Virus record (IMG/VR): IMGVR_UViG_3300043772_002964
Location: 1 to 25,434 of that record
From: a virus
Taxonomy: Duplodnaviria > Caudoviricetes
Length of the DNA: 25,434 nt
Strand: one strand, 5' to 3'
Positions 7,343 to 15,926 of the stretch are shown piece by piece. Below the pieces are notes generated by a model. The model was not told where the DNA came from. It saw nothing but the letters and a program-made list of their open reading frames with translations, and searched no databases. Position 1 is the first letter of the stretch; each line of letters begins with the position of its first letter. The position numbers and the translations under genes are program-made.

Positions 7343-7663
7343 ATGATGACCGCAGAAGAATACATTAAATCTAAATTAGGGTTTAATAGTGATGTTAAAA
7401 TACATCAGTTAGATGTTTCCACCTCGGGGTGGATTTCCATGATGGAAGAATATTCAATCCAAAAGGCTAAATACCACTGTGAAGCCCAACTAAAATCCAT
7501 TCTTGAAGATGTTAATTTAGTTGGTGACAATGCACATAATTCTGATAGACCATTAACCTATGCGGATAGTGCTTATGTGGTAGATCAAAATGGACCCGAC
7601 TATATCTATACTGTGAATAGAGAATCAATTATAAACGCATATCCGCTTGAAAACATTAAATAA
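7343..7663 (+). CDS. Family C phage protein
   Basis: MMTAEE...SIINAYPLENIK; paralog of 8192. Confidence 0.85.
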   Translation: MMTAEEYIKSKLGFNSDVKIHQLDVSTSGWISMMEEYSIQKAKYHCEAQLKSILEDVNLVGDNAHNSDRPLTYADSAYVVDQNGPDYIYTVNRESIINAYPLENIK

Positions 7664-7874
7664 CCATCCGTATATTGAATTTGTTGATGGGTACGCCGCG
7701 ACGGTTCATTATGACCCTGTTGATCGTGTTTATGTATTAAGTAATGCCGGGTATGAACAAACTGGTATAGGTGTAATATGTCAACATGAAAACATAGAGC
7801 AAGCCCGTGAAAAGTTTAAGAAAATGATGATAATTGGTTGTTTTGTTAAGGATATGGAAAATAACATTAAATAA
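7647..7874 (+). CDS. Hypothetical protein, weakly HicB-N-terminal-like
   Basis: TTG start overlapping the upstream gene (start uncertain); YAATVHYDPVDRVY...QHENIEQAREKF pattern. Confidence 0.5.
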   Translation: MKTLNNHPYIEFVDGYAATVHYDPVDRVYVLSNAGYEQTGIGVICQHENIEQAREKFKKMMIIGCFVKDMENNIK

Positions 7875-7880
7875 AGGAAT

Positions 7881-8195
7881 ATGAACCAACATGATCGTAG
7901 TTTAGGTGAAAAAATATTTTATATTTTATCTAAATATCTAGAAAAACAACAATCCGAAGAAATTTCTCTTGATATATTGGAATTGATAATTGAATTGAAC
8001 AATCAAACATATAAAGAAGTTATTGAAATTTGTTACGGATATGATAAACTTTTATTTGAAAAATATAATGATATGCCTGACATTTTCAAAAATGGTGTTA
8101 CAAGTACAACAAAAATGATGAGATATCGAATGAATTCCAATATTAACTCCAATAAAGATAGACTAATATCAATCCTAAAAACTAAAGTAAGATGA
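7881..8195 (+). CDS. Hypothetical protein
   Basis: 104-aa ORF; ATGA overlap with 8192. Confidence 0.75.
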   Translation: MNQHDRSLGEKIFYILSKYLEKQQSEEISLDILELIIELNNQTYKEVIEICYGYDKLLFEKYNDMPDIFKNGVTSTTKMMRYRMNSNINSNKDRLISILKTKVR

Positions 8196-8407
8196 TGACC
8201 GCAGAAGAATTTAGAAAAACTCTATTAAAGGAAAAAGGTAGAGTTAGTGAAGAAGAATTTATGATTGAATTTGCTAAACTTAAAGTAACTGAAGCATTAA
8301 AAGCTGCTAGTGAAAATGCTGATACAATACGTGTTAGATATACTAACGATTATGAAATTGATAAACAATCAATACTAACAGCTTATCCACTAAATTTAAT
8401 TAAATAA
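8192..8407 (+). CDS. Family C phage protein
   Basis: MMTAEE...SILTAYPLNLIK; first 19 nt identical to 7343. Confidence 0.85.
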   Translation: MMTAEEFRKTLLKEKGRVSEEEFMIEFAKLKVTEALKAASENADTIRVRYTNDYEIDKQSILTAYPLNLIK

Positions 8408-8408
8408 A

Positions 8409-8780
8409 ATGGAACCTAAACACATAACATTAGAACAATCTAAATGGTTTAAAGAAAAAGGATTTGATGAAAAAGTGAAAAGATTTTTTGATTTAATATC
8501 AAATACAGAAATAGGTGACGCATCATTAGGTAATTATAATTTGACTAAGCAATCTGTTTCTATACCGGAACAACATGAAATAGTTGATTGGTTAAGAGTA
8601 AAACATGATATTTGGATTGGTGTAATGCCTGATGTTGGTATGGATTTAATTTATACCTACAAAATATATTCTGTAGAAGTTGGTGTTGAGAGAGGTTTAG
8701 CAAATGGTAATAATTATGATACACCACAAGAAGCTTACTCAGCTGCGTTTGATTACATTAAAAACAATAATTTGATATAA
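8409..8780 (+). CDS. Family B phage protein
   Basis: MEPKHIT...PEQHEIVDWLRV...AYSAAFDYIKNNNLI. Confidence 0.88.
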   Translation: MEPKHITLEQSKWFKEKGFDEKVKRFFDLISNTEIGDASLGNYNLTKQSVSIPEQHEIVDWLRVKHDIWIGVMPDVGMDLIYTYKIYSVEVGVERGLANGNNYDTPQEAYSAAFDYIKNNNLI

Positions 8781-8785
8781 CACAA

Positions 8786-9181
8786 ATGGAACCTAAATAC
8801 ATAACATTTGAACAAGCTAAATGGCTTAAAGAGAAAGGATTTAACGAACCTTGCGATAGCATTTATAAAGAAGATGGTGAATTTCAATCTTATAAAAATG
8901 TCGGTGATATTAGAACTCATTTTAATAATAGTGAACCAATTAACCCTAAAACTTGGCATAGATATGATACCTCAGCACCAGAACAACATCAAGTAGTAGA
9001 TTGGTTAAGAGTTAATCATGATATTTGGGTTAGTGTTGCTGTAGAAGATGATAAATGGTTTTATGGAATTAAAAAAATCTTTAATCAATATGGAGTTATA
9101 AGTAACGAAATTCCATATAATTCTCCACAAGATGCTTATTCAGCAGCATTTGATTACATTAAAAACAATGATTTGATATGA
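8786..9181 (+). CDS. Family B phage protein (tandem paralog)
   Basis: MEPKYIT...PEQHQVVDWLRV...AYSAAFDYIKNNDLI. Confidence 0.88.
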   Translation: MEPKYITFEQAKWLKEKGFNEPCDSIYKEDGEFQSYKNVGDIRTHFNNSEPINPKTWHRYDTSAPEQHQVVDWLRVNHDIWVSVAVEDDKWFYGIKKIFNQYGVISNEIPYNSPQDAYSAAFDYIKNNDLI

Positions 9182-9285
9182 AAGTACTATACACCATAAA
9201 ATTTGGATGTCTATGTATTCTAGCAATAATATTTGGTTTGTTCGGTTATAAAAAAGGATTAGACTATTTAAAATCTAAAATATGA
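9178..9285 (+). CDS. Small single-TM protein (35 aa)
   Basis: MKVLYTIKFGCLCILAIIFGLFGYKKGLDYLKSKI; ATGA overlaps at both ends. Confidence 0.55.
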   Translation: MKVLYTIKFGCLCILAIIFGLFGYKKGLDYLKSKI

Positions 9286-9314
9286 CACAACAAGAAAAAA
9301 ATAATTTGATATGA
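9282..9314 (+). other. Chimeric 10-codon mini-ORF (MTQQEKNNLI*), probable recombination junction
   Basis: First 16 nt equal the start of ORF 9430; 9300-9312 equals the end of ORF 8409 (8766-8778). Confidence 0.7.
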
Positions 9315-9433
9315 AAAAAGTTTTTTGGTGGATACTTTGTATCCTTTGGGCAACACCTGAATTTATATATATGTTCTTTACTAAGAAAGTAAGTAAAGTT
9401 GCACAATTTTTATTCAATAAAGTGATGAAATGA
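9311..9433 (+). CDS. Small hydrophobic protein (40 aa)
   Basis: MKKVFWWILCILWATPEFIYMFFTKKVSKVAQFLFNKVMK; ATGA overlaps at both ends. Confidence 0.55.
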   Translation: MKKVFWWILCILWATPEFIYMFFTKKVSKVAQFLFNKVMK

Positions 9434-9855
9434 CACAACAAGAAATAGTACACAGAAACAAAAATATAGCGTTAATGTTAGGGTGGACCTATTTACCTTG
9501 GCAAGAAACTAATAAAGAAATTTCTGGTTATAGCATGAATCCGGGTTGGTGGTCAACGTTTCCGAAACACTACCATATCAAAATTCATCGAGACGCATAT
9601 AAAGGAAGAAGTCATAACGAATTACGATTTAATAAAGATTGGAATTGGCTTATGGAAGCTGTTGTGTTTATTGAAAATTTAAAAGACGAACACGGGTCAT
9701 ATCTATATTTTATGGACATAAAAAGAGATTATTGCGTCATAAGAAATAACGATATTATGCAAGATATGGTAATTTTATCATCGGAATTTGATAACAAAAT
9801 CCTGTCCGTGTTTAAATGTGTCTCCGATTTTGCCGAACAATTTAATAATAAATAA
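9430..9855 (+). CDS. Hypothetical phage protein
   Basis: 141 aa; NKNIALMLGW and LRFNKDWNWLMEAV motifs; function unknown. Confidence 0.8.
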   Translation: MTQQEIVHRNKNIALMLGWTYLPWQETNKEISGYSMNPGWWSTFPKHYHIKIHRDAYKGRSHNELRFNKDWNWLMEAVVFIENLKDEHGSYLYFMDIKRDYCVIRNNDIMQDMVILSSEFDNKILSVFKCVSDFAEQFNNK

Positions 9856-9857
9856 TT

Positions 9858-9968
9858 GTGAAACTTAAAGACAGAATAAAAATTTCCATTTTTGGATGGA
9901 ATCCTATTATTTGGATGATGGGTTTATATTGTGCTTTTTTTCACCCTGAAAGATACAAAAATTTATGA
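9858..9968 (+). CDS. Small hydrophobic protein (36 aa)
   Basis: GTG start, KLKDRIKISIFGWNPIIWMMGLYCAFFHPERYKNL; ATGA overlap with 9965. Confidence 0.5.
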   Translation: MKLKDRIKISIFGWNPIIWMMGLYCAFFHPERYKNL

Positions 9969-10231
9969 AAGGAATATATCTTACACCAGAAGGTAAACAA
10001 GAGATTGAAGCTAAGATAGCTGAACTTGAGGAATATAAAGATAGTGACTCTTGTAAAGACTCAAGAGATTGGTCTTTCATTTCGGGTAAACAATCTATTT
10101 TAAAAGAAATTCTATCATCAGCAACAATACTACCTGTTGAAACGAATATGAGTTATGTTAAATCTCAAGATTTTGGTGATGAATTTACTATTGAATATCC
10201 TAACGGAGTAATCATACAACCTAAACAATAA
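9965..10231 (+). CDS. Family D protein with shortened Gre-like coiled coil
   Basis: IYLTPEGKQEIEAKIAEL and FISGK...LSSATIL recall the two helices of the GreA N-terminal domain; the Gre link is tentative. Confidence 0.65.
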   Translation: MKGIYLTPEGKQEIEAKIAELEEYKDSDSCKDSRDWSFISGKQSILKEILSSATILPVETNMSYVKSQDFGDEFTIEYPNGVIIQPKQ

Positions 10232-10239
10232 ATGCAAAT

Positions 10240-10515
10240 ATGAAAGGAATATATCTAACCGAAGAAGGTAAACAAGAGATTGAAGCTCAAATAGCTGAAC
10301 TGCAAGCCACTTACCGTCACTATGCCGATTGGGAAGGTAAACTTGGAGAGTTAAAGGTTTACAAGGAACTTTTGGTATCAGCAACAATACTACCTGTTGA
10401 GGAAAACTGGGTTGACCTTGATAATAAAGCATTTGAAGAAGAATTCAAATTTCATCAGTATCTTTACAATAGCAGAAAATACCCTAACGGAGTAATCATA
10501 CAACCTAAACAATAA
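10240..10515 (+). CDS. Family D protein (tandem paralog)
   Basis: Shares identical 25-, 24- and 34-nt blocks with 9965. Confidence 0.65.
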   Translation: MKGIYLTEEGKQEIEAQIAELQATYRHYADWEGKLGELKVYKELLVSATILPVEENWVDLDNKAFEEEFKFHQYLYNSRKYPNGVIIQPKQ

Positions 10516-10519
10516 AATT

Positions 10520-10846
10520 ATGGAAGCAACAGTTACAATCACTTTACGTGAAATTGAAAGTATGAAATCTGAAATTAGAGTACTCAAAAAGGAAATATCA
10601 GATTTAAAATCTCAGAAAGATTTTAGAGTATCGATTGACGGTGATTTATACAATTGGAAAGACGGAAATAGAGTATTTACGTCCAGAATATTGACTTTCG
10701 GTCATTTAGAAGAAGTAACCGATAAAAGTTACAAAGAAGTTAAGATTGAAATGGAAACACTATTTAATAAACTAATAGACAGCTCATCTTATCTTAGGTT
10801 TTATCAAAAATTCCCCAAATGGGTTCATAGATTATTTAAATGTTAA
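10520..10846 (+). CDS. Hypothetical protein with N-terminal coiled coil
   Basis: 108-aa ORF with heptad-like N terminus. Confidence 0.75.
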   Translation: MEATVTITLREIESMKSEIRVLKKEISDLKSQKDFRVSIDGDLYNWKDGNRVFTSRILTFGHLEEVTDKSYKEVKIEMETLFNKLIDSSSYLRFYQKFPKWVHRLFKC

Positions 10847-10890
10847 TGATAATGTGTTTTTTATGTTAAAAAAATAATTTTTACACATTA

Positions 10891-10922
10891 TTTGGTATTC
10901 TAAAAAAGTATTCGTAGTTTTG
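10891..10922 (+). promoter_or_regulatory. Bacteroidota-type promoter of the lemA operon
   Basis: TTTG (10891-10894), 20-nt spacer, TAGTTTTG (10915-10922). Confidence 0.8.
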
Positions 10923-10949
10923 TCAACATAAACTAAACAATAAAAACAC

Positions 10950-11561
10950 ATGCAAATTGTAACAGACTTTTTAAAAACTTACCGAGGTTGGATTTTCGGT
11001 TTTATTCTAATTATTATCGGAATGAATGGGTGTTCTTCCTATAATACACTCGTCCAAATGAACGAGACAGTTAATTCGAAATGGTCCCAAGTTGAAAACG
11101 TATATCAACGTCGTATGGACCTAATCCCAAATCTTGTCGAGGTTGTCCAAGGGTATGCCGAACACGAGAAATCAACTCTTACCGATGTAATCAACGCAAG
11201 AGCAAAGGCAACCGCGATTACTATTGACGCATCAAAATTGGATGCCAATACCCTTAAACAATTTGAACAAGCCCAAAGTGGTCTAACACAGGCTTTATCA
11301 AAATTGATGGTTGTATCCGAGCGTTATCCCGAACTCAAAGCAAATGAGAATTACCAACAACTAATGTCCGAAGTATCAGGATCCGAAAATCGTATTTCGA
11401 TTGAACGGAAATCATTTAACGATGCCGTTATGGGATACAATAAGAAATTGATGGTTATGCCACGAAAATTATGGGCCAATCTTTTTGGATTCACACCACG
11501 AGAATATTTCAAAGCGGATGCTTCCGCACATGTCGCACCAAAAATCAAAATGACCAAGTAA
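10950..11561 (+). CDS. lemA: LemA family protein
   Basis: N-terminal anchor, YNTLV, WSQVENVYQRRMDLIPNLV, ERYPELKANENY, ENRISIER. Confidence 0.96.
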   Translation: MQIVTDFLKTYRGWIFGFILIIIGMNGCSSYNTLVQMNETVNSKWSQVENVYQRRMDLIPNLVEVVQGYAEHEKSTLTDVINARAKATAITIDASKLDANTLKQFEQAQSGLTQALSKLMVVSERYPELKANENYQQLMSEVSGSENRISIERKSFNDAVMGYNKKLMVMPRKLWANLFGFTPREYFKADASAHVAPKIKMTK

Positions 11562-11562
11562 T

Positions 11563-13377
11563 ATGAAACGTTTAATGTTCTTGTTGGTTTTTTTACCACA
11601 ACTTTTATTCGGACAAACTGATCTCACCCCAAATGAGTGGGTTAACGATTACGCATCAATCCTGAATCAGGACGAAATTCAAAAACTTAATTCCAAGATT
11701 TCAAGTTTTGAAAAACAAACCGATATTGAAATTGCGGTTGCGATTGTATCAACTCTGAATGATAAAGATATTGAGACCTTCTCAAATGAACTATTTAAAA
11801 AATGGGGAGTTGGTAAAAAAGACAGGAACAATGGTTTATTGGTTGTAATTGCTCCTAATGAAAGAAAATGGAGAATTGAGATTGGTTATGGATTGGAACC
11901 TTATTTATCCGACGGTGAATCCCACGAAATGGGAGAGTCCAATTTCAAACCCAACTTTAAGGAAAAACAATACTTCAAAGGTATTGATGGATTTTTAACA
12001 AGTCTGATTTCACATTTGGGAACCTCAACGTGGGATGATAGGGTTGCTTATCAGGAAAAATTAAAGGCCGAGCGCGCGGAAAGTATATCATCATTTTTTT
12101 CAGGACTTTTTTACGTTATCATATCTATCGTAATTTTAATCATCTCAATCGTTACCTTTAAAAGGTTTCGTGAAAAACGTGAACGTGAATTAAAACTGAA
12201 AAAACAGAAGTTAGATTACGTTGGGAAGTATAAGTCGTTATTCGATGGTATTAATGTTAACCGAGCGTTATATAATTTCTCTCCTTTGGTGTATGATCCT
12301 GAAAATGAAAAACTTTTAATGGATTCTAAGGATGAGTATTGGTTGCGTGTAAATTTTGACAAAATTAAATCAACTTTTAATAAAGAACATGAATTGATTT
12401 CGGCAGCATCTAACGTTAATATGTCATTATCATTAGCATTTAATGTTTATGATAAAGTAAAAAAGTTAGAGGAAAAATTTAAACTACCAATTACGGAATT
12501 TCCTGTTGATCTTCTTAAACTTAAAGAAGGTGATAGGAACGATAAGTATAGTGGTGGAGTTAGAGAGATCAATAATCGTACTAAGTTGATTAACGAACAA
12601 ACCAATAAATTCACCGACAGATACCTTGTATTACAAGAATTTAATGATATACTCAATTTAGGTCAATTGAAGATTTCAAAATATGATACTAAAATACTGT
12701 CATTAAGAAATGAAAAGAGATTTACAGACGTTCCATATGGACTTGATGACATTAATGTATATTATGATAATATAAAAGTCGCATATGATAAATTCAACAA
12801 TTCAGAGAAGTCTTTTGTTGATTTGTCAAAACTTAAATCCTTATTAAAGGAGGTCCATACTTCGGAAAATTCTTTTGATAACTACGTTAATTCAGTTGAT
12901 GATAAAAACAGAAACCATGCAAAGATGGTTGAAAAGGTAAATAATTCATCTTCAGAGATTAAAACTCAACACGATAAACTTAAAGGTTATCTAAATAATT
13001 CTGATGTTAGTAGCTCAACAAAATCATTAATTAATTCTTTTGTTGTTACGTTATTGGCTTATCAAGTTACCTCGGATTTAGTGGGGTCATTTAATGGTTT
13101 AAAATCTTTAACTGACAAGACAAATGAATTAATTAATAAGTCAAAAGCTGATATTGAACGGGAAGAGTCAATTAGACGAAAAAAAAGGGAAGAAGAGGAA
13201 CGTAAACGTAGAGAGAAGAAACGTCGGGAAGAAGAGGAAGAGGACAGAAGACGTAGTAGTTACTACTCATCATCTCCATCTTGGGGATCATCGAGTTCGT
13301 CAAGTGACTCATCATCATCTTGGAGTGATTTTGGTGGTGGAGACTCCGGTGGTGGTGGTTCATCAGGTGATTGGTAA
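11563..13377 (+). CDS. TPM-domain (YgcG-like) membrane protein with a long helical insertion
   Basis: Signal peptide; VNDYASIL, WGVGKKDRNNGLL, RIEIGYGLE; one TM; terminal FGGGDSGGGGSSGDW. Confidence 0.92.
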   Translation: MKRLMFLLVFLPQLLFGQTDLTPNEWVNDYASILNQDEIQKLNSKISSFEKQTDIEIAVAIVSTLNDKDIETFSNELFKKWGVGKKDRNNGLLVVIAPNERKWRIEIGYGLEPYLSDGESHEMGESNFKPNFKEKQYFKGIDGFLTSLISHLGTSTWDDRVAYQEKLKAERAESISSFFSGLFYVIISIVILIISIVTFKRFREKRERELKLKKQKLDYVGKYKSLFDGINVNRALYNFSPLVYDPENEKLLMDSKDEYWLRVNFDKIKSTFNKEHELISAASNVNMSLSLAFNVYDKVKKLEEKFKLPITEFPVDLLKLKEGDRNDKYSGGVREINNRTKLINEQTNKFTDRYLVLQEFNDILNLGQLKISKYDTKILSLRNEKRFTDVPYGLDDINVYYDNIKVAYDKFNNSEKSFVDLSKLKSLLKEVHTSENSFDNYVNSVDDKNRNHAKMVEKVNNSSSEIKTQHDKLKGYLNNSDVSSSTKSLINSFVVTLLAYQVTSDLVGSFNGLKSLTDKTNELINKSKADIEREESIRRKKREEEERKRREKKRREEEEEDRRRSSYYSSSPSWGSSSSSSDSSSSWSDFGGGDSGGGGSSGDW

Positions 13378-13380
13378 TAT

Positions 13381-13413
13381 AAAAATCCCCATCTTTAATA
13401 GGTGGGGTTTTTT
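13381..13413. terminator. Probably bidirectional terminator between convergent genes
   Basis: AAAAATCCCCATCT/AGGTGGGGTTTTT stem flanked by A and T tracts. Confidence 0.8.
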
Positions 13414-13714
13414 ATTTAAACCATCGTCTATTTTTTTTACCACTACATTTATTTTGGTAAATCTCATTTAAGTAACTACCAAAATTATCAACCATATAAA
13501 AATATATTAGGTCCTTTGATTTCGGGCTTACTTCAATATTAGTATAATCTATTACAGTATCTTTTAGTATGTCACAATATTCGGCAATGAAATCACCAGA
13601 ATTACTATACCCACAAGGTTCGGATTCCTCCAATAAATAATCTAATTCATTCTTTAATACATCAACATTTAATCTTCTACGAAGTTGAATTCGCATAATT
13701 TGTTCATTATCCAT
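13412..13714 (-). CDS. Hypothetical protein (QLRRR family)
   Basis: ATATTTAT 4 nt before ATG; QLRRR shared with ORF 15278. Confidence 0.8.
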   Translation of the reverse strand: MDNEQIMRIQLRRRLNVDVLKNELDYLLEESEPCGYSNSGDFIAEYCDILKDTVIDYTNIEVSPKSKDLIYFYMVDNFGSYLNEIYQNKCSGKKNRRWFK

Positions 13715-13718
13715 AACG

Positions 13719-13744
13719 ATAAATATATATCATATAATATTTAT
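13719..13744. promoter_or_regulatory. Back-to-back ATATTTAT motifs, putative phage-specific (late) promoters
   Basis: Minus-strand copy 13719-13726 and plus-strand copy 13737-13744, each 4-5 nt from an ATG. Confidence 0.6.
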
Positions 13745-13749
13745 TTCAT

Positions 13750-14103
13750 ATGAAAGTTGTTATTAGTGAAAACCAAAGAGATAAATTAAACAACATAATT
13801 TATCAAAAAATAGACTATATGTTCGATATAGATGAAATGATTCCTGTTGATATGGAAGTTCATAGATACGATGTTATTTCACCTAACTATGATATCTTTT
13901 TTAAGGTTTATTTACCTCAATACTGGTCTGATGATACTTTTGAAGGTAATGAGATGAAAAAACGTTCTCCCGTATTAGATTTAGAAAAAGAATATGAAGA
14001 TAAATTAAATTCTCTTTTTGGGCCATTATGGCACGACCAAATGATAAAGTGGGTTGAAAATAATTTTCCATTTTTACCATTAATTAAATCCGTAGGTCTT
14101 TAG
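13750..14103 (+). CDS. Hypothetical protein with MKVVISENQ N terminus
   Basis: N-terminal motif shared with 15278, 15609 and 23541. Confidence 0.8.
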   Translation: MKVVISENQRDKLNNIIYQKIDYMFDIDEMIPVDMEVHRYDVISPNYDIFFKVYLPQYWSDDTFEGNEMKKRSPVLDLEKEYEDKLNSLFGPLWHDQMIKWVENNFPFLPLIKSVGL

Positions 14104-14105
14104 AT

Positions 14106-14453
14106 ATGAAATTAGAAGCGGCGTTAAAATTAGAAAAAGTTGTTGAGCGTATTGTTGAGAGTTATATTAAAGATTATAACAATATAAGTGATAATTTTTA
14201 TAAGGTTAAATGTGATATTTACCCATCAAATTATGGTTTGAATTGTCATATAACACTTTTATTTGAAAAACCATTTAGTAGGAATGAGTCTGATTTTATC
14301 CATACTATTATGTCAACAAGTGGTATTAAAAAACGTGTTGACAACAGCTTAGGAAATATATTTGATGGAGGGGTACATCATTCTCAATCAACTATCGACA
14401 GTTATGAGGGGACGAGTCAGTGGTATGATTTACAAAAACAACGACTTCAATAG
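14106..14453 (+). CDS. Hypothetical protein
   Basis: 115-aa ORF, tightly packed. Confidence 0.78.
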   Translation: MKLEAALKLEKVVERIVESYIKDYNNISDNFYKVKCDIYPSNYGLNCHITLLFEKPFSRNESDFIHTIMSTSGIKKRVDNSLGNIFDGGVHHSQSTIDSYEGTSQWYDLQKQRLQ

Positions 14454-14497
14454 GGTATTCTTTTGAATAATTTTTATTATATTTTAAATAAAAAATT

Positions 14498-14683
14498 ATG
14501 ACAACAGAACAAAAAGCGGTAAAATACGGTGAACTACTAAATTTACACACAAGAATTCAAAATAAAGTTGCCGAAATCAAAGGACAAGACATAGAACTTA
14601 ACCAACAACAACTTTCTGAAATCAGAAAATACGAAAATCAGTTAATCCAAATCACAAACGAAATCAAAAAAATAATGGTATGA
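14498..14683 (+). CDS. Small coiled-coil protein
   Basis: 61 aa, helical-hairpin pattern, ATGA overlap. Confidence 0.75.
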   Translation: MTTEQKAVKYGELLNLHTRIQNKVAEIKGQDIELNQQQLSEIRKYENQLIQITNEIKKIMV

Positions 14684-14946
14684 AACTATCAGTTTCGGTA
14701 GATGTGGAAATCAAAGACGGTAGGTCTTATATCTCAATCGGTTTTCCAAAAAATCAACAACAAATCACCGTACAAGATACTTCTCACATATTGGCTGGGG
14801 CAATATCACTTCTTATAAAATCATCGTCTCAGGGTGATACAATCAAGGATTATGAATTGATTAAAGAAGTGATTGATCATTTGAATTCGGAATTCGTTAA
14901 TATTGATTCATATGCTGATGCATATGTATCCAAAAATATGGTATAA
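14680..14946 (+). CDS. Hypothetical protein
   Basis: 88-aa ORF. Confidence 0.75.
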   Translation: MKLSVSVDVEIKDGRSYISIGFPKNQQQITVQDTSHILAGAISLLIKSSSQGDTIKDYELIKEVIDHLNSEFVNIDSYADAYVSKNMV

Positions 14947-14972
14947 GATATATTTATAACATATGAAAATTA

Positions 14973-15281
14973 GTGAATAATATGATTTCGGAAAAAATGA
15001 CTATCTTTTTGTTTAAATACTTGGATACTATATTCAAGAAAGAATATTTTGATCCCGAAGAATTTAACGAGGAACCGTCCTTGTATGTAATTTACGGTGA
15101 TGGTTATACATTTGAAATTAGTAAACTCTTACAAAGAATTAATGTAACAGCAAAATTATTCCATAAAATGCATTCTCTTTTTGGAGTGTCTTATGGTGAT
15201 TTGTCTGATTTAATACGATATTATTTAAGTGATAAATTAAAATATGATTTTAAGTTTTACCCGACATTACCATCTTTATGA
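14973..15281 (+). CDS. Hypothetical protein (start uncertain)
   Basis: FKYLD...MHSLFG pattern resembles 13750 and 15609; GTG start, in-frame ATG (MISEK) three codons later. Confidence 0.7.
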   Translation: MNNMISEKMTIFLFKYLDTIFKKEYFDPEEFNEEPSLYVIYGDGYTFEISKLLQRINVTAKLFHKMHSLFGVSYGDLSDLIRYYLSDKLKYDFKFYPTLPSL

Positions 15282-15607
15282 AAATAATTTTAAATGAAAA
15301 TCAAAATCAATTAAGAAGGAGGATCTCTAAAATAGATGAGATGGTTTCAGGTTGGTTTACTTTTAAGTATATAAAGACTTTTAATGCGATATTCGACGGA
15401 TTTTACGATATGGTTATCGAAGATGTCGTTGAGAGAATGTATTATCATTATTTTCAGGACTTAGACGATCAGTCCAAAGAGTGGGAGGAAATTTATGAAA
15501 TGATATTACAATACATCGATCTTCGCTGGAAGGATGAGTTAAAGGACTATTTCGATATGAGGCAGAAGGAATATGAAAATAGAGTTAAATTGAAACTTGG
15601 AAAGTGA
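15278..15607 (+). CDS. Hypothetical protein (MKIILNENQ, QLRRR family)
   Basis: 109-aa ORF with both shared motifs. Confidence 0.8.
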   Translation: MKIILNENQNQLRRRISKIDEMVSGWFTFKYIKTFNAIFDGFYDMVIEDVVERMYYHYFQDLDDQSKEWEEIYEMILQYIDLRWKDELKDYFDMRQKEYENRVKLKLGK

Positions 15608-15608
15608 T

Positions 15609-15926
15609 ATGAAGATTATTGTAACTGAAAATAAAATAGAAAGTGTTATGATTCGTTACCTACAAGATATTGCGAAAGTTAATTTTGAGCCGGGAAATCA
15701 CGACGGTAGGTATTTACAATATTTTGACGCTAATGGTGATCTATTTATGGAAATAGATACTTGGACCTCAACAAATAGAGACTGTAAAATTAAATACCGA
15801 TACTATGTTAAAATGTATGAGTTACTAAGTATGGAAGCCGGAAAATATCACGAATTACTTAAATCGGTTTTGGAGAAAATAACAGGATATGATATTCACA
15901 ATATCATTCCTTCAATATACTTATAA
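15609..15926 (+). CDS. Hypothetical protein (MKIIVTENK)
   Basis: ATG 15609 preferred over TTG 15597 because it removes the overlap and gives the shared N-terminal motif. Confidence 0.78.
   Translation: MKIIVTENKIESVMIRYLQDIAKVNFEPGNHDGRYLQYFDANGDLFMEIDTWTSTNRDCKIKYRYYVKMYELLSMEAGKYHELLKSVLEKITGYDIHNIIPSIYL

Noticed and set aside
3447-10515. Diversity-generating retroelement behind the paralog variation
   Set aside because: No reverse transcriptase in the window; differences are indels and block replacements, not adenine-specific substitutions
13160-13377. Low-complexity purine-rich and Ser/Gly-coding repeats
   Set aside because: Explained by the charged helix and Gly/Ser tail of the TPM protein
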